IMG/VR virus record: IMGVR_UViG_3300021594_000641
Span: 64,001-128,000 of that record
From: a virus
Length of the DNA stretch: 64,000 nucleotides
Reading direction: 5' to 3' (one strand)
Shown piece by piece: positions 1 through 9,413 of the stretch. Made by a program: the position numbers and the translations under genes. Numbering within the stretch: the first letter of the stretch is position 1; the number at the start of each line of letters is the position of its first letter. The notes beneath the pieces were generated by a model, which was not told where the DNA came from, made no database searches, and saw only the letters and a program-made list of their open reading frames with translations.

Positions 1-1326
1 ATCAAATAATTTCCAATCGTTCGTGTGCTTATAAAAAGGATGAGAAGACCTCCATTTCATGCCATAAGCAAGTTCATCGTCAGCAAGAAGCGCGGCTCCT
101 GTACCGTCTGGAAAATCGCCACTAAGGCCTGAAGCTATTCCATCTGATTGACTTCCTGTTGGAACGTATCCAGGCGATCTATCTCCGGTTCCGTCTTCAG
201 GTCTTTTGAATTGAACAGGGCTGTTGAATACCGGAACGTGGGCCAGGAATATTCCCTGAGACGACACCATGTGGTAGTTGCCGTCTAGAGCCAAATGCTC
301 TTCCCAAACAGCAGGGACGTTCGTAGGGCTGTCCATGCTGAAAATCTGTTTTCCCGGCGGAGGAAGCCTTAATTGCTTCTTGAAGCCTTGCCCAAGAAAA
401 CCTGCGTATTCCACAAGTCTATGAAAAGGTGTTTGAGTAAGTTCTTTTAGGTCTATCAAAGAAAATTCTGTAGAGTTTTTAAGCACAGCCTCTTGGGTTC
501 TTTGCTTAAAAAGCTCGATACCTTTTACCAAGCCACCAAGAGATTCCCATAGATAAGGAGAGTGTCCTATTATTGAGGACAGCTCGCTCTCATCGTCAAA
601 GAAATCCATACTTGTAGTTGCTGACCGTATTTGCAGATTGTGCCCGTGCATCCTAGCTAGCTGATCGTGCCAGAACGCCCAGAATCCGCAGTTTTCATCT
701 GACCTTAGAAAAGCCATGAAAGGGTCTAGGAATACGGAAGACCCTGTCTCGGTCATTCGACCCCATTCGCCCAAGCATGTCTCGTCTACAGGAGATCCGT
801 AGGACAGCTTGGCTGGAGGTATAAAGTTTGGATTAAACCTAGCCGTGGTGACTTGTTCAGATATTGGAGTGTTAGTAGACGCCTGGCTTATGAAATCTCT
901 TATGCTTTTTTCGTTTTCTACAGAGTAACCGTTATCTACTCCAATTATTGTTCCGGTAGTTTCTCCCAAGCCATAGATTACAAATACTCTTGAGCCTGGT
1001 CGTATTGTTCCTACTTTTTGAACACCTGACCCTTGAGTGCCTACTTCTGATAGACAAGAACAAACCAAGGACGCGTTCTTGCCGTCAAGAGTTACCTTGT
1101 ACCAACCGTAAAAAGGAAGAGAGTCATCAACGAAACCGGCCAGCACCCGAGATGTAGTCTCAAGCGCCAGCCGGTTTATTGTTGAGTTTCCTGACTTGTC
1201 GTGCCTTGGCCTGTTAGGGTTCAAGGTCACTTGGTCTAAAGCGTTTATCCGGTTTGACAGTTCCCCTATAAGCCTTTCCATGCGTTGAAGGTAATCAACG
1301 ACATTAAAATGCTCGGGACTCGGCAT
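1..1326 (-). CDS. Partial gene running off the window; probable baseplate spike/hub protein with an N-terminal OB-fold-like region
   Basis: Not in the ORF track. Hand translation from ATG 1326 (GAGGG upstream) found no stop to position 1: MPSPEHFNVVDY...GWYKVTLDG...LVCSCL...IRPGSRVFVI...TIIGVD. Directly follows the tube gene. Confidence 0.5.
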   Translation of the reverse strand, partial: MPSPEHFNVVDYLQRMERLIGELSNRINALDQVTLNPNRPRHDKSGNSTINRLALETTSRVLAGFVDDSLPFYGWYKVTLDGKNASLVCSCLSEVGTQGSGVQKVGTIRPGSRVFVIYGLGETTGTIIGVDNGYSVENEKSIRDFISQASTNTPISEQVTTARFNPNFIPPAKLSYGSPVDETCLGEWGRMTETGSSVFLDPFMAFLRSDENCGFWAFWHDQLARMHGHNLQIRSATTSMDFFDDESELSSIIGHSPYLWESLGGLVKGIELFKQRTQEAVLKNSTEFSLIDLKELTQTPFHRLVEYAGFLGQGFKKQLRLPPPGKQIFSMDSPTNVPAVWEEHLALDGNYHMVSSQGIFLAHVPVFNSPVQFKRPEDGTGDRSPGYVPTGSQSDGIASGLSGDFPDGTGAALLADDELAYGMKWRSSHPFYKHTNDWKLFD

Positions 1327-1338
1327 CAAACCCTCGCT

Positions 1339-1860
1339 TTATGCCGCCGCTTGTTGCTTGTACATAGCGCCGGTCTGACAGGAAACATTTTCGCTAATCA
1401 TCATATCAGCGGCCTGCACAGAGTAAGCAACGTTGCTAGCGATAACGTCGCGAGCAATCAGAGACATTACTCCCTGGCCCTGCCCTTGGCCTGGAACAGA
1501 CCAGTTACAGGGAGCCGAGCCTAGTACGAAAGCTAGGGTGTGGTCTTCAGCTTTGCCGCTGCAAACATCACCAAGCTTTTGTAGCAGATCGGTCTGAACA
1601 CTGATAGGTCCGACGATACGCCCCAAGGTCATGGTGCCTTGAGTACGACCGACGACATAATAACGATAGGCGCTACCAACTTCAAAGATCTGATTGACTT
1701 GCTGTTGGTAGGTAGCTTGAAAACTTTGCACCAAGCTGCCTGCAGGCCCGTTAGCGCCAAGCAGACCACCGCCGAAGAGCAAAGCGTTGTCAGCCGTGAA
1801 GGCCCCACCCAATTGTGAGGGCCTTCTGCCTAGAACGTCAAAACCTGCACCCACACCCAT
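1339..1860 (-). CDS. Tail tube protein
   Basis: 173 aa directly downstream of the sheath; tube-like segment LVQSFQATYQQQVNQIFEVGS...VGRTQGTMTLGRIVGP. Confidence 0.75.
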   Translation of the reverse strand: MGVGAGFDVLGRRPSQLGGAFTADNALLFGGGLLGANGPAGSLVQSFQATYQQQVNQIFEVGSAYRYYVVGRTQGTMTLGRIVGPISVQTDLLQKLGDVCSGKAEDHTLAFVLGSAPCNWSVPGQGQGQGVMSLIARDVIASNVAYSVQAADMMISENVSCQTGAMYKQQAAA

Positions 1861-1883
1861 GTTATATACCTCCCCTCAGTTGA

Positions 1884-4646
1884 TTAGACGACCAACTTAA
1901 GTTCAATGTTGTTAAGAGGATAAGGAATGGTCAGGTTGATTTCGACCACAACCCTGTCCTTGTAGAGAGCGTGAGCTCTTACTACAGCAACAGTACCTTC
2001 CAGAAGCTGGGGACCTGCGGAGGTTCCAGCGACGGGAGCCTTCAGGGCGTCGACAGAGGAATCTACCAAGAACCTGATGGCCTGGATGGTGTCTCTGTTG
2101 ACGTTAGACTTACCGATGAATGGAGACAGGGCTTCCTTCAACACGTAAGCTATGGCGTCAACGTTCACGCGCACCATTTCTTCTCGGGTGTTTAGATCCG
2201 AGGGATCTGTGGTAACAGCGTGACGGTTGAAGATTTGACCTGCGGCGTTCTTGGCGATTATCCAACCGCCAGAACCAGCGACTATGTTTAGCTGACTGCC
2301 GTTGAGGCTTCCAACCAAGCTGCCCACGTCATCGATACCAGATACCGTGACATTGGTTAGGCCTTGCTGGGGAAGTACGCCTGAACGAAGACCAGCTATA
2401 GCCGCTGCAGCGAAGTAACCTGCGAAGGTTAGCCCGTTTGCGCCTACAGTGTCGTTGGCGATAGCCACAACTCTTCTGTTTGCGTACTGAGCAACCTTGT
2501 CCTTGGCAGCGTTAGCCAAATCAGTTTTGTTCAGGTTACGCCAAATTTCTACGCGCTGAGCTACGGTCACTGCTGACGTATGCCCAGATACTAGGCGCAA
2601 GCTGCCTTCAGACAACACTTCGTCCACAACGAACTCAGAGTAGGATTCGTTGCCAAAACCATCGGTGCTGTATAGGAAGCGAACGATGTCGCCAGCTCTT
2701 ACACCGTTTGTTTGGAACTTAGCGTTGTTAGCTGGAACTGACAGCAGGGTGTACTGAGTTCCTGAGGTGAAAGGATCGTCGGCAATCTTGGCAAGAGCCG
2801 CGCTGCCGTTAGAGGTCAAGCTGGAATCAACTACAGCCTTTACTCTAGGTACTGTGATTCCGAATACTGCTCCCTTGTAGTTAGCAACTTCAGGAGCTGA
2901 TTCGGCCAGAACCTGAGCCTTCCAGGCGTCAAGGACTGTTTCGTTATCTGTTAGAGGTACCAAGTTGTAAACTTGATTGTTACCTTCTACCAGCTCAAGA
3001 GCTTGCAGCCATGATTCTGTGTCAGAGGGATCAGCGATACCCGTGAAGTACACAGGCTGGCCGTTGGAGTTTTGCAAAGCCAAAGACACGCCCCAGAACA
3101 GGGGATTGTCAGGAGAGCTCTGCCCAAGCAAACCTGGAAGGTCAGCTATGTTTGTAACGCTTTCAAGAGCGCCAACATAATCAGACAACCAAGCTCGGTA
3201 CTCTACAAACAGCGTTCCGCCCTTTAGAGGCAAAGGAAGCTTAACGCCGCCGTCTGTCCAGCTTGAGTCGTAAAGCTGGATTCCGGAATGCACTGTTATT
3301 TCAGTGTCTGTTGTTGTGTAAGAAAGATTTGGAGCGTCAGCCTCCAACTCTTGAGCGATCTGCAAGTTCTTTTTGATGTAAAGCTTAAGGTCTAGGTCCG
3401 TGGCTGATTGAATAGCCTCGGGTAGGTCGTCAGCTAAGATCAGGGTTTTGATAGCGCCCTGCTTAGCTGCAGTTACTAAGACGTAATACTTGTCGCCCTT
3501 GCATAGGGCTGTTTGGTTGAAAGCAGCCGTAACGCCGTAGTTGCCTACCGGCTTAGCTACGTTTGCAGCAGTTACAACGGTAGGACCGCTTACATCGTAA
3601 CCAGTTGTTGTGGTCACGGTGATTTCGGGGCCAGAGGCATAAGCTCCGCCCTTGGTCACTTCAATAATGTAAGTAGTATCCTGAGTTCCGCTGTAAGTGC
3701 CGGCGGCTGTAATTGTAGGAGCAACGAAAGCCTGGTTTACCGTAAAGCTCCACTTCTGTCCTACAACCAGATCGTTTTCGCTAATACCGTTTAGGTTAGC
3801 TATCGAGCTGGTTGAGTTAGTGTCTACAGCGTTAAATGTTACAAGCAGGCCTCTTGTGCCAATTTCTGTGGCGCTTCCTGCCGTAGCTGGCGTTATGCTA
3901 GCTTGGTTATCTCTACCGCTAGCGCTTGTAACTCTAAAACGAGCAGTAGTAAAGTCTGCGTCTACTGAACTTTTGATGACTTCAACAGTGTAAGTTTCTG
4001 TTATGTCACCAGTCGGTCTGCCGTCATAGGCTGATGCGTTGGCAGAGACGGTTACAGCGTTCTTTAGACCTAGTGTTTGAGAAACTACACTCAAAGTCTG
4101 ATTGGTCTTGTTAGAGGAGTCGTAAACTTCTGTTGTGTTAACAGCTCCTGCTATGGTCTCACCAGCAAACCCCTTGATTGAGGTAGTTAGCTCGTAAGGA
4201 GTTCCGGAGTTGATTCCGCGCACGTAAACCACGTCGCCAATTTGGGCATCGCGGTCGTACATGACTGCAGATCTTGGATAGGACGTTCCGTTAGACTTGA
4301 ACGAGGTTCCAGCGTCACGGACTCTGTTTTTGAATCCTGATACTGGTGCTACAGTTGAACCTACGCTTGAGTCATTTACGTAGTATTCAAGAAGAGCGTC
4401 TTCGGCATACAGCTTCACAAAGCTGAAGTCCACCTGAGACCCGGCTGGGCGCTCAGGCCACAGGTATGGAGTGTCGCTTACAGAGTCGTACTCTCCAAGA
4501 TTGATGACATCCTTTTCATCAGAATTGGAGTACCTGAAAAGCTTGGCTTGAGGTCCAGCGATGTGTGCCGATCTTGGCACAGCCGTGGCCGCAGGCGCGA
4601 TATTGAATTCTTGGAATACCAAAACCTGTGGAAGAACGTATGCCAT
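1884..4646 (-). CDS. Tail sheath protein, large, with inserted beta-rich domains
   Basis: 920 aa. N-terminus MAYVLPQVLVFQEF; sheath-type C-terminus (AAAIAGLRSG..PQQGLTN...IFNRHAVTTD...REEMVRVNVDAI...IEINLTIPYPLNNIELKLVV-like, read as VVEINLTIPYPLNNIELKLVV); precedes the tube gene. Confidence 0.85.
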   Translation of the reverse strand: MAYVLPQVLVFQEFNIAPAATAVPRSAHIAGPQAKLFRYSNSDEKDVINLGEYDSVSDTPYLWPERPAGSQVDFSFVKLYAEDALLEYYVNDSSVGSTVAPVSGFKNRVRDAGTSFKSNGTSYPRSAVMYDRDAQIGDVVYVRGINSGTPYELTTSIKGFAGETIAGAVNTTEVYDSSNKTNQTLSVVSQTLGLKNAVTVSANASAYDGRPTGDITETYTVEVIKSSVDADFTTARFRVTSASGRDNQASITPATAGSATEIGTRGLLVTFNAVDTNSTSSIANLNGISENDLVVGQKWSFTVNQAFVAPTITAAGTYSGTQDTTYIIEVTKGGAYASGPEITVTTTTGYDVSGPTVVTAANVAKPVGNYGVTAAFNQTALCKGDKYYVLVTAAKQGAIKTLILADDLPEAIQSATDLDLKLYIKKNLQIAQELEADAPNLSYTTTDTEITVHSGIQLYDSSWTDGGVKLPLPLKGGTLFVEYRAWLSDYVGALESVTNIADLPGLLGQSSPDNPLFWGVSLALQNSNGQPVYFTGIADPSDTESWLQALELVEGNNQVYNLVPLTDNETVLDAWKAQVLAESAPEVANYKGAVFGITVPRVKAVVDSSLTSNGSAALAKIADDPFTSGTQYTLLSVPANNAKFQTNGVRAGDIVRFLYSTDGFGNESYSEFVVDEVLSEGSLRLVSGHTSAVTVAQRVEIWRNLNKTDLANAAKDKVAQYANRRVVAIANDTVGANGLTFAGYFAAAAIAGLRSGVLPQQGLTNVTVSGIDDVGSLVGSLNGSQLNIVAGSGGWIIAKNAAGQIFNRHAVTTDPSDLNTREEMVRVNVDAIAYVLKEALSPFIGKSNVNRDTIQAIRFLVDSSVDALKAPVAGTSAGPQLLEGTVAVVRAHALYKDRVVVEINLTIPYPLNNIELKLVV

Positions 4647-4678
4647 GGTTTCCTCCGTAAGAGCCCCTACTCGTTAAT

Positions 4679-5305
4679 TTAAGGGATGAACTTAGACAAC
4701 ACAATCCTTTTCAACACTGGACTTTGCGTTACAAGCTGCCAATTTTCATCAGCAGCATACGACACTGTTACCGGTACGCCGTAATTCTCTTTCGATTCCT
4801 CAAGCTCAAAAAGTCCGCCGACTTGAGCTAAGGTGAATCGTTTAAGATCTAGTTCTTGTCTGATTATCGGGCCAAACTGCATCATTTCTCTGTAAACTTC
4901 AGCAGCCAATATTTCTGCTTCTGTACCCTTGCCCGATATGCAGAAGAAAGTGTGGCTGCCTGTAATCAATGCTGAATAATCTCTAGCTCCTGTTAATGGT
5001 ACATTACCGAGGTACCTATCGTCTATACTGATTCTTTGCACTTGCCAGTCATTTCTTTTAATTATGATTGCAGGCCTTTTTTGGGTCAAGTCAGGCCTCC
5101 ATTGAGTTATAGATTCAACAACTAAATCTGTTGAAGGTACAGCTTTCCATAACTTACCCCTTAACTCTTTTGCCTCTATATTGTTAGGGTCTGAAAAGTG
5201 ATTTATAAACCACTCTCTAAAGAACCCAGTCATCAAATGGGGTCTTGGCGCTATTGAGCACCAGTTGCTTATCTTCTCTGGGTCATGCGTCTCTGGCGTG
5301 CTCAT
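4679..5305 (-). CDS. Probable tail completion/terminator protein
   Basis: 208 aa between neck genes and sheath; RPAIIIKR...THTFFC-type pattern (GSHTFFC)...PVTVSY. Assignment is mostly from position. Confidence 0.45.
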   Translation of the reverse strand: MSTPETHDPEKISNWCSIAPRPHLMTGFFREWFINHFSDPNNIEAKELRGKLWKAVPSTDLVVESITQWRPDLTQKRPAIIIKRNDWQVQRISIDDRYLGNVPLTGARDYSALITGSHTFFCISGKGTEAEILAAEVYREMMQFGPIIRQELDLKRFTLAQVGGLFELEESKENYGVPVTVSYAADENWQLVTQSPVLKRIVLSKFIP

Positions 5306-5441
5306 TATTCTTCTCCAAACCCAGAGACTTAGCTATAACTTTTTTAAGATTTTCGTCAGGTTCCCAATTAAGCAGACTTTTCTTGGGAAGAAGCGTTGTT
5401 CTCTTAGTGTTATCGTCAAGAGTTTTAGCGGGCTTGTCCAT
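5283..5441 (-). CDS. Small hypothetical protein (52 aa)
   Basis: MDKPAKTLDD...HARDA fills the gap between two neck/tail genes; its start overlaps the upstream stop (TAATG). Confidence 0.4.
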   Translation of the reverse strand: MDKPAKTLDDNTKRTTLLPKKSLLNWEPDENLKKVIAKSLGLEKNNEHARDA

Positions 5442-6259
5442 TAAGATCCCTCTAAAGGAATAGTATAAACTATATCAGAGAAATTAGCCTGTCTAACGTT
5501 TACTTTGGTGACAATAGGATAACCGCGCATTTCCGCAGCCGCCACCACTTCGTGAATTATAAATCTCCTGTCGCTTCCAGAGTCTACGAACACGTCGTAG
5601 CTGTCTGGTATTGGATCTCCAAGCATTCGGCACTCTTGAAACACAACTTCTTTTTTAGTGCCTACAGCCTGGACGTTGTCCATCTCTTCTCTTGCTGCGT
5701 GCAAAGCTAGCTCTAGATATGAAGGGACTGCTGCAAAATATCCTTGAGTTATTCCAGTACCTTTGCATACAGAGCAGTTGCTGTCAGTTACTTCTTCAGT
5801 CAAATAGTCCGTACAGGTAGTACATCGCGACCCGTAACGTTTCCTTTTTAAGAGAAATCCCTTCAATGAAGTGTACTTTTTATGCCTAAGGGTTTCTTTT
5901 CTAATTACGTCTCTAGATAGACGCCAATCTCTAAATTGTAAGTTTTTACTAGCTGAAACTATCTCTGAATAGTAAGTGCGTACTGGAGTTACTAGCTTAA
6001 CTCGGTAATAAAAATCTTGAGTTTGAGCGAATATCCTTTTTTCATCATCTTCCAAAAAATAAGTGTTAGTAGCCGATAAGCCTATGTTTGAAAACTGAGG
6101 ATTGTTTGTAGAAGAGTAAGCGCCCTGCAGAGTAAACGTATGAGGCTGTTTGTCTGTAAACAGCCTGGACAATACCCATTCAACTCTAGTCGTTCCCTCG
6201 ACAGAGTATTTTATAAAGACCCGTTCAAACGGACTGGCTATTTGTGACCTGTCGGTCAT
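5441..6259 (-). CDS. Probable neck/head-closure protein with a Cys4 zinc finger
   Basis: 272 aa; RCTTC..NCSVCKGTG motif; position in the neck region. Confidence 0.5.
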   Translation of the reverse strand: MTDRSQIASPFERVFIKYSVEGTTRVEWVLSRLFTDKQPHTFTLQGAYSSTNNPQFSNIGLSATNTYFLEDDEKRIFAQTQDFYYRVKLVTPVRTYYSEIVSASKNLQFRDWRLSRDVIRKETLRHKKYTSLKGFLLKRKRYGSRCTTCTDYLTEEVTDSNCSVCKGTGITQGYFAAVPSYLELALHAAREEMDNVQAVGTKKEVVFQECRMLGDPIPDSYDVFVDSGSDRRFIIHEVVAAAEMRGYPIVTKVNVRQANFSDIVYTIPLEGS

Positions 6260-6262
6260 GGC

Positions 6263-7189
6263 TTATCTCCAACGGCCACCGTAATCGTAGCCAGAGCCGA
6301 ACGAGCCGTTCCAGTTTTGAGCGTTGTACTGGGCTTTCTTGTTCTTTACCCAAGCTTGGTATTCTCCAAGCATCTGAGCGCCCATCTGCTCGTATTCTGC
6401 GGCTTTGTTCTTGTCGTCTATCTGCATACCGCCAGCAGAGTAAGGAAGATGGTTTCTTCTGTAGTGCTTTGCAGCTATCTGGTACAGATATCCCATTATC
6501 CCGTTTAGTAGCATGACGGGATTTGGAAAATTGGTGCTGTCAAACTTCTGGGTTATTGGAGGCTGAGCTGAATTGAAATGCTGCAAGCATCGTATAGCTG
6601 ATTCTACAATTTCTGTAAGATCGAACTCTAGTTCAGACAACAAATAGTTATCTTCTGGAGAATTGTCCCTGAGAAACACTCTGATGTCTTCAGGGGAAGG
6701 AACTCCCTTGAAATTAACGTTTGTTCCAAACTCGCCTCTATCTACCATCAAGAAAAAGGAAGAAGTAAACAGTATTGACGAGTCAGAGTCCATGAACGCA
6801 AACTGACCGCGCATTATTCCATTCAGTTCAGTGGCGGCTGCAGGCACTCTAGCCCTAATTACTCCAGCCTCTGGGTTTATGACAATAGCTTCTAGTTCTA
6901 CTGGAGCGTTTTCTTGTGATTCGCTTATAACCTCACGCATTTTTCCTATTATTCTTTGAGACCCGGATCCTTCGCTCATTGAGCTTGAAATGCTTGAGCT
7001 GAAACCGCACTCAGTAAGGTTTATAGGTCTGCCTTCGGAATCCCTCAGGACTAACTCCATTACCGGAGTAACTCCCTGACTGGTTAGCAAAGAAGGTATC
7101 TTGGCCAGTATAGGCTGACCTTCAACTCGGGTTACTCTAGGTCTGATTATGATTTGTTCAGAACAATTGATTATCGAAGGATCAGGCAT
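6263..7189 (-). CDS. Probable head-tail adaptor (neck) protein
   Basis: 308 aa. N-terminal BppU-like segment (LVLRDSEGRPINLT...GVIRARVP); adaptor-like C-terminus (RRNHLPYSAGGMQIDDKNKAAEY). Confidence 0.55.
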   Translation of the reverse strand: MPDPSIINCSEQIIIRPRVTRVEGQPILAKIPSLLTSQGVTPVMELVLRDSEGRPINLTECGFSSSISSSMSEGSGSQRIIGKMREVISESQENAPVELEAIVINPEAGVIRARVPAAATELNGIMRGQFAFMDSDSSILFTSSFFLMVDRGEFGTNVNFKGVPSPEDIRVFLRDNSPEDNYLLSELEFDLTEIVESAIRCLQHFNSAQPPITQKFDSTNFPNPVMLLNGIMGYLYQIAAKHYRRNHLPYSAGGMQIDDKNKAAEYEQMGAQMLGEYQAWVKNKKAQYNAQNWNGSFGSGYDYGGRWR

Positions 7190-7256
7190 TTATTGACCCT
7201 CTGGGTAAATTTAGTTTATAGCTTATTTGGTCATACTACCATACGTAACTTTATGC

Positions 7257-7308
7257 CTGATAGCTAAAAAAAACCCACCGCCAAGGCGCTAGCCTCAACG
7301 GTGGTTCT
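7257..7308 (-). terminator. Intrinsic terminator with conserved AGCTATCAG tail
   Basis: Minus strand: ACCACCGTTGAGG-loop-CCTTGGCGGTGGG, then a U-tract and AGCTATCAG. Confidence 0.8.
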
Positions 7309-7310
7309 GG

Positions 7311-7712
7311 TTAAACCAGCTTGAACGTCATAGCGGCCAGAGCCGCAAGGCTGGTTATGAGCCAGGCTCCTCCAAGCACCGCCGCTGAAAAGAATGCGGC
7401 CTTGAAAACTACAAACAGCGCTGTTTGTAGTTTTTTCTCCAATTCTTTCATGATGAGGAAAAAAACGGAGAAAACAGCAAAAGAAGCGGCTGCCTCAAAA
7501 CAAACGCCATCCTTACCCTCAACTTCTGTTGAGAGTATAGGGCTCTGCTGATCCACCTCCACAACACTCTTGTGTCCTGGGAGGTGAAGCCAGCCGCCAT
7601 CCGGCAGCTGGCTGAAATGGTCGCCGTTTGCGGCGGCGGCCTTAGCGGCCCTGCTGGCCGCTTTGGCCTGGTCTGGGCCGAAGACTCTGAGGTTGTTGTG
7701 TTTAATTTCCAT
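7311..7712 (-). CDS. Accessory membrane protein, function unknown
   Basis: 133 aa, two hydrophobic C-terminal segments, GGAG RBS, own promoter and terminator. Confidence 0.6.
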   Translation of the reverse strand: MEIKHNNLRVFGPDQAKAASRAAKAAAANGDHFSQLPDGGWLHLPGHKSVVEVDQQSPILSTEVEGKDGVCFEAAASFAVFSVFFLIMKELEKKLQTALFVVFKAAFFSAAVLGGAWLITSLAALAAMTFKLV

Positions 7713-7747
7713 GTTCGTCTCCAGAAATGCTAATTAGACACCATATG

Positions 7748-7775
7748 AATATGACAGGTTTAAAGCTCGACTTAA
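7748..7775 (-). promoter_or_regulatory. Putative promoter TTAAGT-N16-CATATT
   Basis: Same bipartite motif and spacing as the sites at 46272, 48119 and 48977. Confidence 0.6.
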
Positions 7776-7779
7776 GTAA

Positions 7780-7826
7780 CTGACGGCTAAAAAAAAGTCC
7801 CTCAATGCGCTTTGGCGTTGAGGGAC
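7780..7826 (-). terminator. Intrinsic terminator with variant tail (AGCCGTCAG)
   Basis: GTCCCTCAA...TTGAGGGAC stem followed by U8 on the minus strand. Confidence 0.8.
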
Positions 7827-7844
7827 TAATTGTGACACTAAAAA

Positions 7845-8435
7845 CTAACTAAAGTTTTTAGCATACCATGTCCAACCGTAGCCCGCTGCAACGCAGGCCA
7901 CTATTGGAAAAACTACAGGTAGTTCTGAGTAAAAATATCTACAGGCGAAAAAGACGGCGATGCCGCCTACTACTGGCATCAGAGAGACACCTCCTGATGC
8001 CTTAGGCCTCTCTCTGACGTTTCCTGAAGCCTCAGTATCGTAGTCTTCTTGCCGGAACTTGTCCGCCAATTCCATGACGGACTTGACGTTCCGTTCTAGC
8101 CTAGCAACTACCTCCTTCCCCAAATCATTTTTAGCCTCATCTTCTTTTATTGCTTTGATTATTTCTTCGTCGGACATACCTAGTTTGTTCCGTTCGTTGA
8201 AATATCTTTGTTTATTTATCTGCACCGCCAACATCCTGTTGATCGCGTACGTCTGAGGCGACGGCTTATCCATCACCTCAAACTCAGCGTCAATAACGTC
8301 GTCAGAATCCTTTTCAGGTTTTCTGTCGTGCCTGCTGCTGTCTTGGCTTTTATGCCTCCTTTGTTGGCTACCGTTTTTCTTTTTACGATTACCGCCAATG
8401 GAAAAAGACTCACCTTCACCAAGGTTCCAGCTCAT
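7845..8435 (-). CDS. Accessory protein with C-terminal hydrophobic helices
   Basis: 196 aa ORF with RBS; GTCATAAT motif upstream at about 8495-8502. Confidence 0.6.
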   Translation of the reverse strand: MSWNLGEGESFSIGGNRKKKNGSQQRRHKSQDSSRHDRKPEKDSDDVIDAEFEVMDKPSPQTYAINRMLAVQINKQRYFNERNKLGMSDEEIIKAIKEDEAKNDLGKEVVARLERNVKSVMELADKFRQEDYDTEASGNVRERPKASGGVSLMPVVGGIAVFFACRYFYSELPVVFPIVACVAAGYGWTWYAKNFS

Positions 8436-8514
8436 GGTAACACTCCCAACCCTTCAGCTGCCGCGAAAGCGAACAGATATACTGAGGGCATAGGATTATG
8501 ACAGATTTTTGAGT

Positions 8515-8556
8515 ACAAAATAAAACCACCGCTCCCTTTTGAGAGCGGTGGTTTTA
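8515..8556 (-). terminator. Terminator ending the head-gene operon
   Basis: AAAACCACCGCTC...GAGCGGTGGTTTT inverted repeat with a T-run on the minus strand. Confidence 0.75.
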
Positions 8557-8591
8557 AATATCTAGTCTCTGTTACTACTGACTTAGTTAAA

Positions 8592-8933
8592 TCAGGAGAT
8601 AGAGCTAGAGTACGCGCCCCAGCAAGGATCGACGTCGTTGACCACGCTGTTTGCAACAGTGATGATCTTGGTGACGTCTAGGGTTGCGTCGTAGTAGTGT
8701 TGGGAAGGAGTGCTTACGATCACTAGGTCGCCAGAGTTTACCGCAGCTTCAAACCCTGCCAGTTGACGGGCGCGGGTTCTGAAGTTGGGCTGACTTAGGC
8801 GAGTGACTAGGTCACCAGTGAACGTATACTCTTCACCAGGAGCAAGGCGCTTGCCATGAGCCCCGAGAAAACCAAAGAACTTGGTTGCCCCGGACATGTT
8901 GCGCACTTTTGTTTGAAGGCAAGTGATTGCCAT
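8592..8933 (-). CDS. Hypothetical virion-associated protein
   Basis: 113 aa, GGAGG RBS, last gene of the head operon. Confidence 0.65.
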   Translation of the reverse strand: MAITCLQTKVRNMSGATKFFGFLGAHGKRLAPGEEYTFTGDLVTRLSQPNFRTRARQLAGFEAAVNSGDLVIVSTPSQHYYDATLDVTKIITVANSVVNDVDPCWGAYSSSIS

Positions 8934-8947
8934 TTAAAACCTCCGGT

Positions 8948-9346
8948 TTAGTTAGCGGCCAGGTGTTCAGCGATAGCTTGGTGGTACACGGCCACGGCTT
9001 CTCTGACGTTAGGATTTAAAGCTAGATTGGCTGCGGCTGCCTTTACCAGACTTTCTTGCTGGGCTGACTTAACCTGAGCTTCGTTACCTAGGCTCGAGGG
9101 ATTAAGTACGCCTTCAAGGTTCTGAGCGGCTGCAGTAATCAGGCTGCTGTGAGCGCTGGCTTGCTTGGCCAGTTCCTGTTCCTGAATGCTAGTAATGCTG
9201 CTAGCAATTTTTAGAAGTTGTGCAACTTCTTCTTCAGTCTGAGGAACAATGCCGTAATCGCTTGCCAGCTTCTCTAGGAAGACAGGCACATACACTTCCT
9301 GCATGAGGAAAGCATGGGCAGCTTCTGGAGTAGCGTTGGTGGACAT
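8948..9346 (-). CDS. Probable head protein with K-x-A motifs
   Basis: 132 aa directly after the capsid gene; AKQAS, VKSAQ, VKAAA. Confidence 0.6.
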   Translation of the reverse strand: MSTNATPEAAHAFLMQEVYVPVFLEKLASDYGIVPQTEEEVAQLLKIASSITSIQEQELAKQASAHSSLITAAAQNLEGVLNPSSLGNEAQVKSAQQESLVKAAAANLALNPNVREAVAVYHQAIAEHLAAN

Positions 9347-9370
9347 CTAAGTTGCTCCTTTCTTTGCACG

Positions 9371-9402
9371 ACAGGGTAGCGGCGGTTAAGCCGCTACCCT
9401 GT
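9371..9402. other. 13-bp hairpin after the capsid gene, without a U-tract
   Basis: ACAGGGTAGCGGC-GGTTAA-GCCGCTACCCTGT. Confidence 0.75.
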
Positions 9403-9413
9403 TACGATGCGGA

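Noticed and set aside
1339-4646. Extracellular contractile injection system or tailocin
   Set aside because: Capsid, scaffold, protease and neck genes in the same block indicate a complete phage
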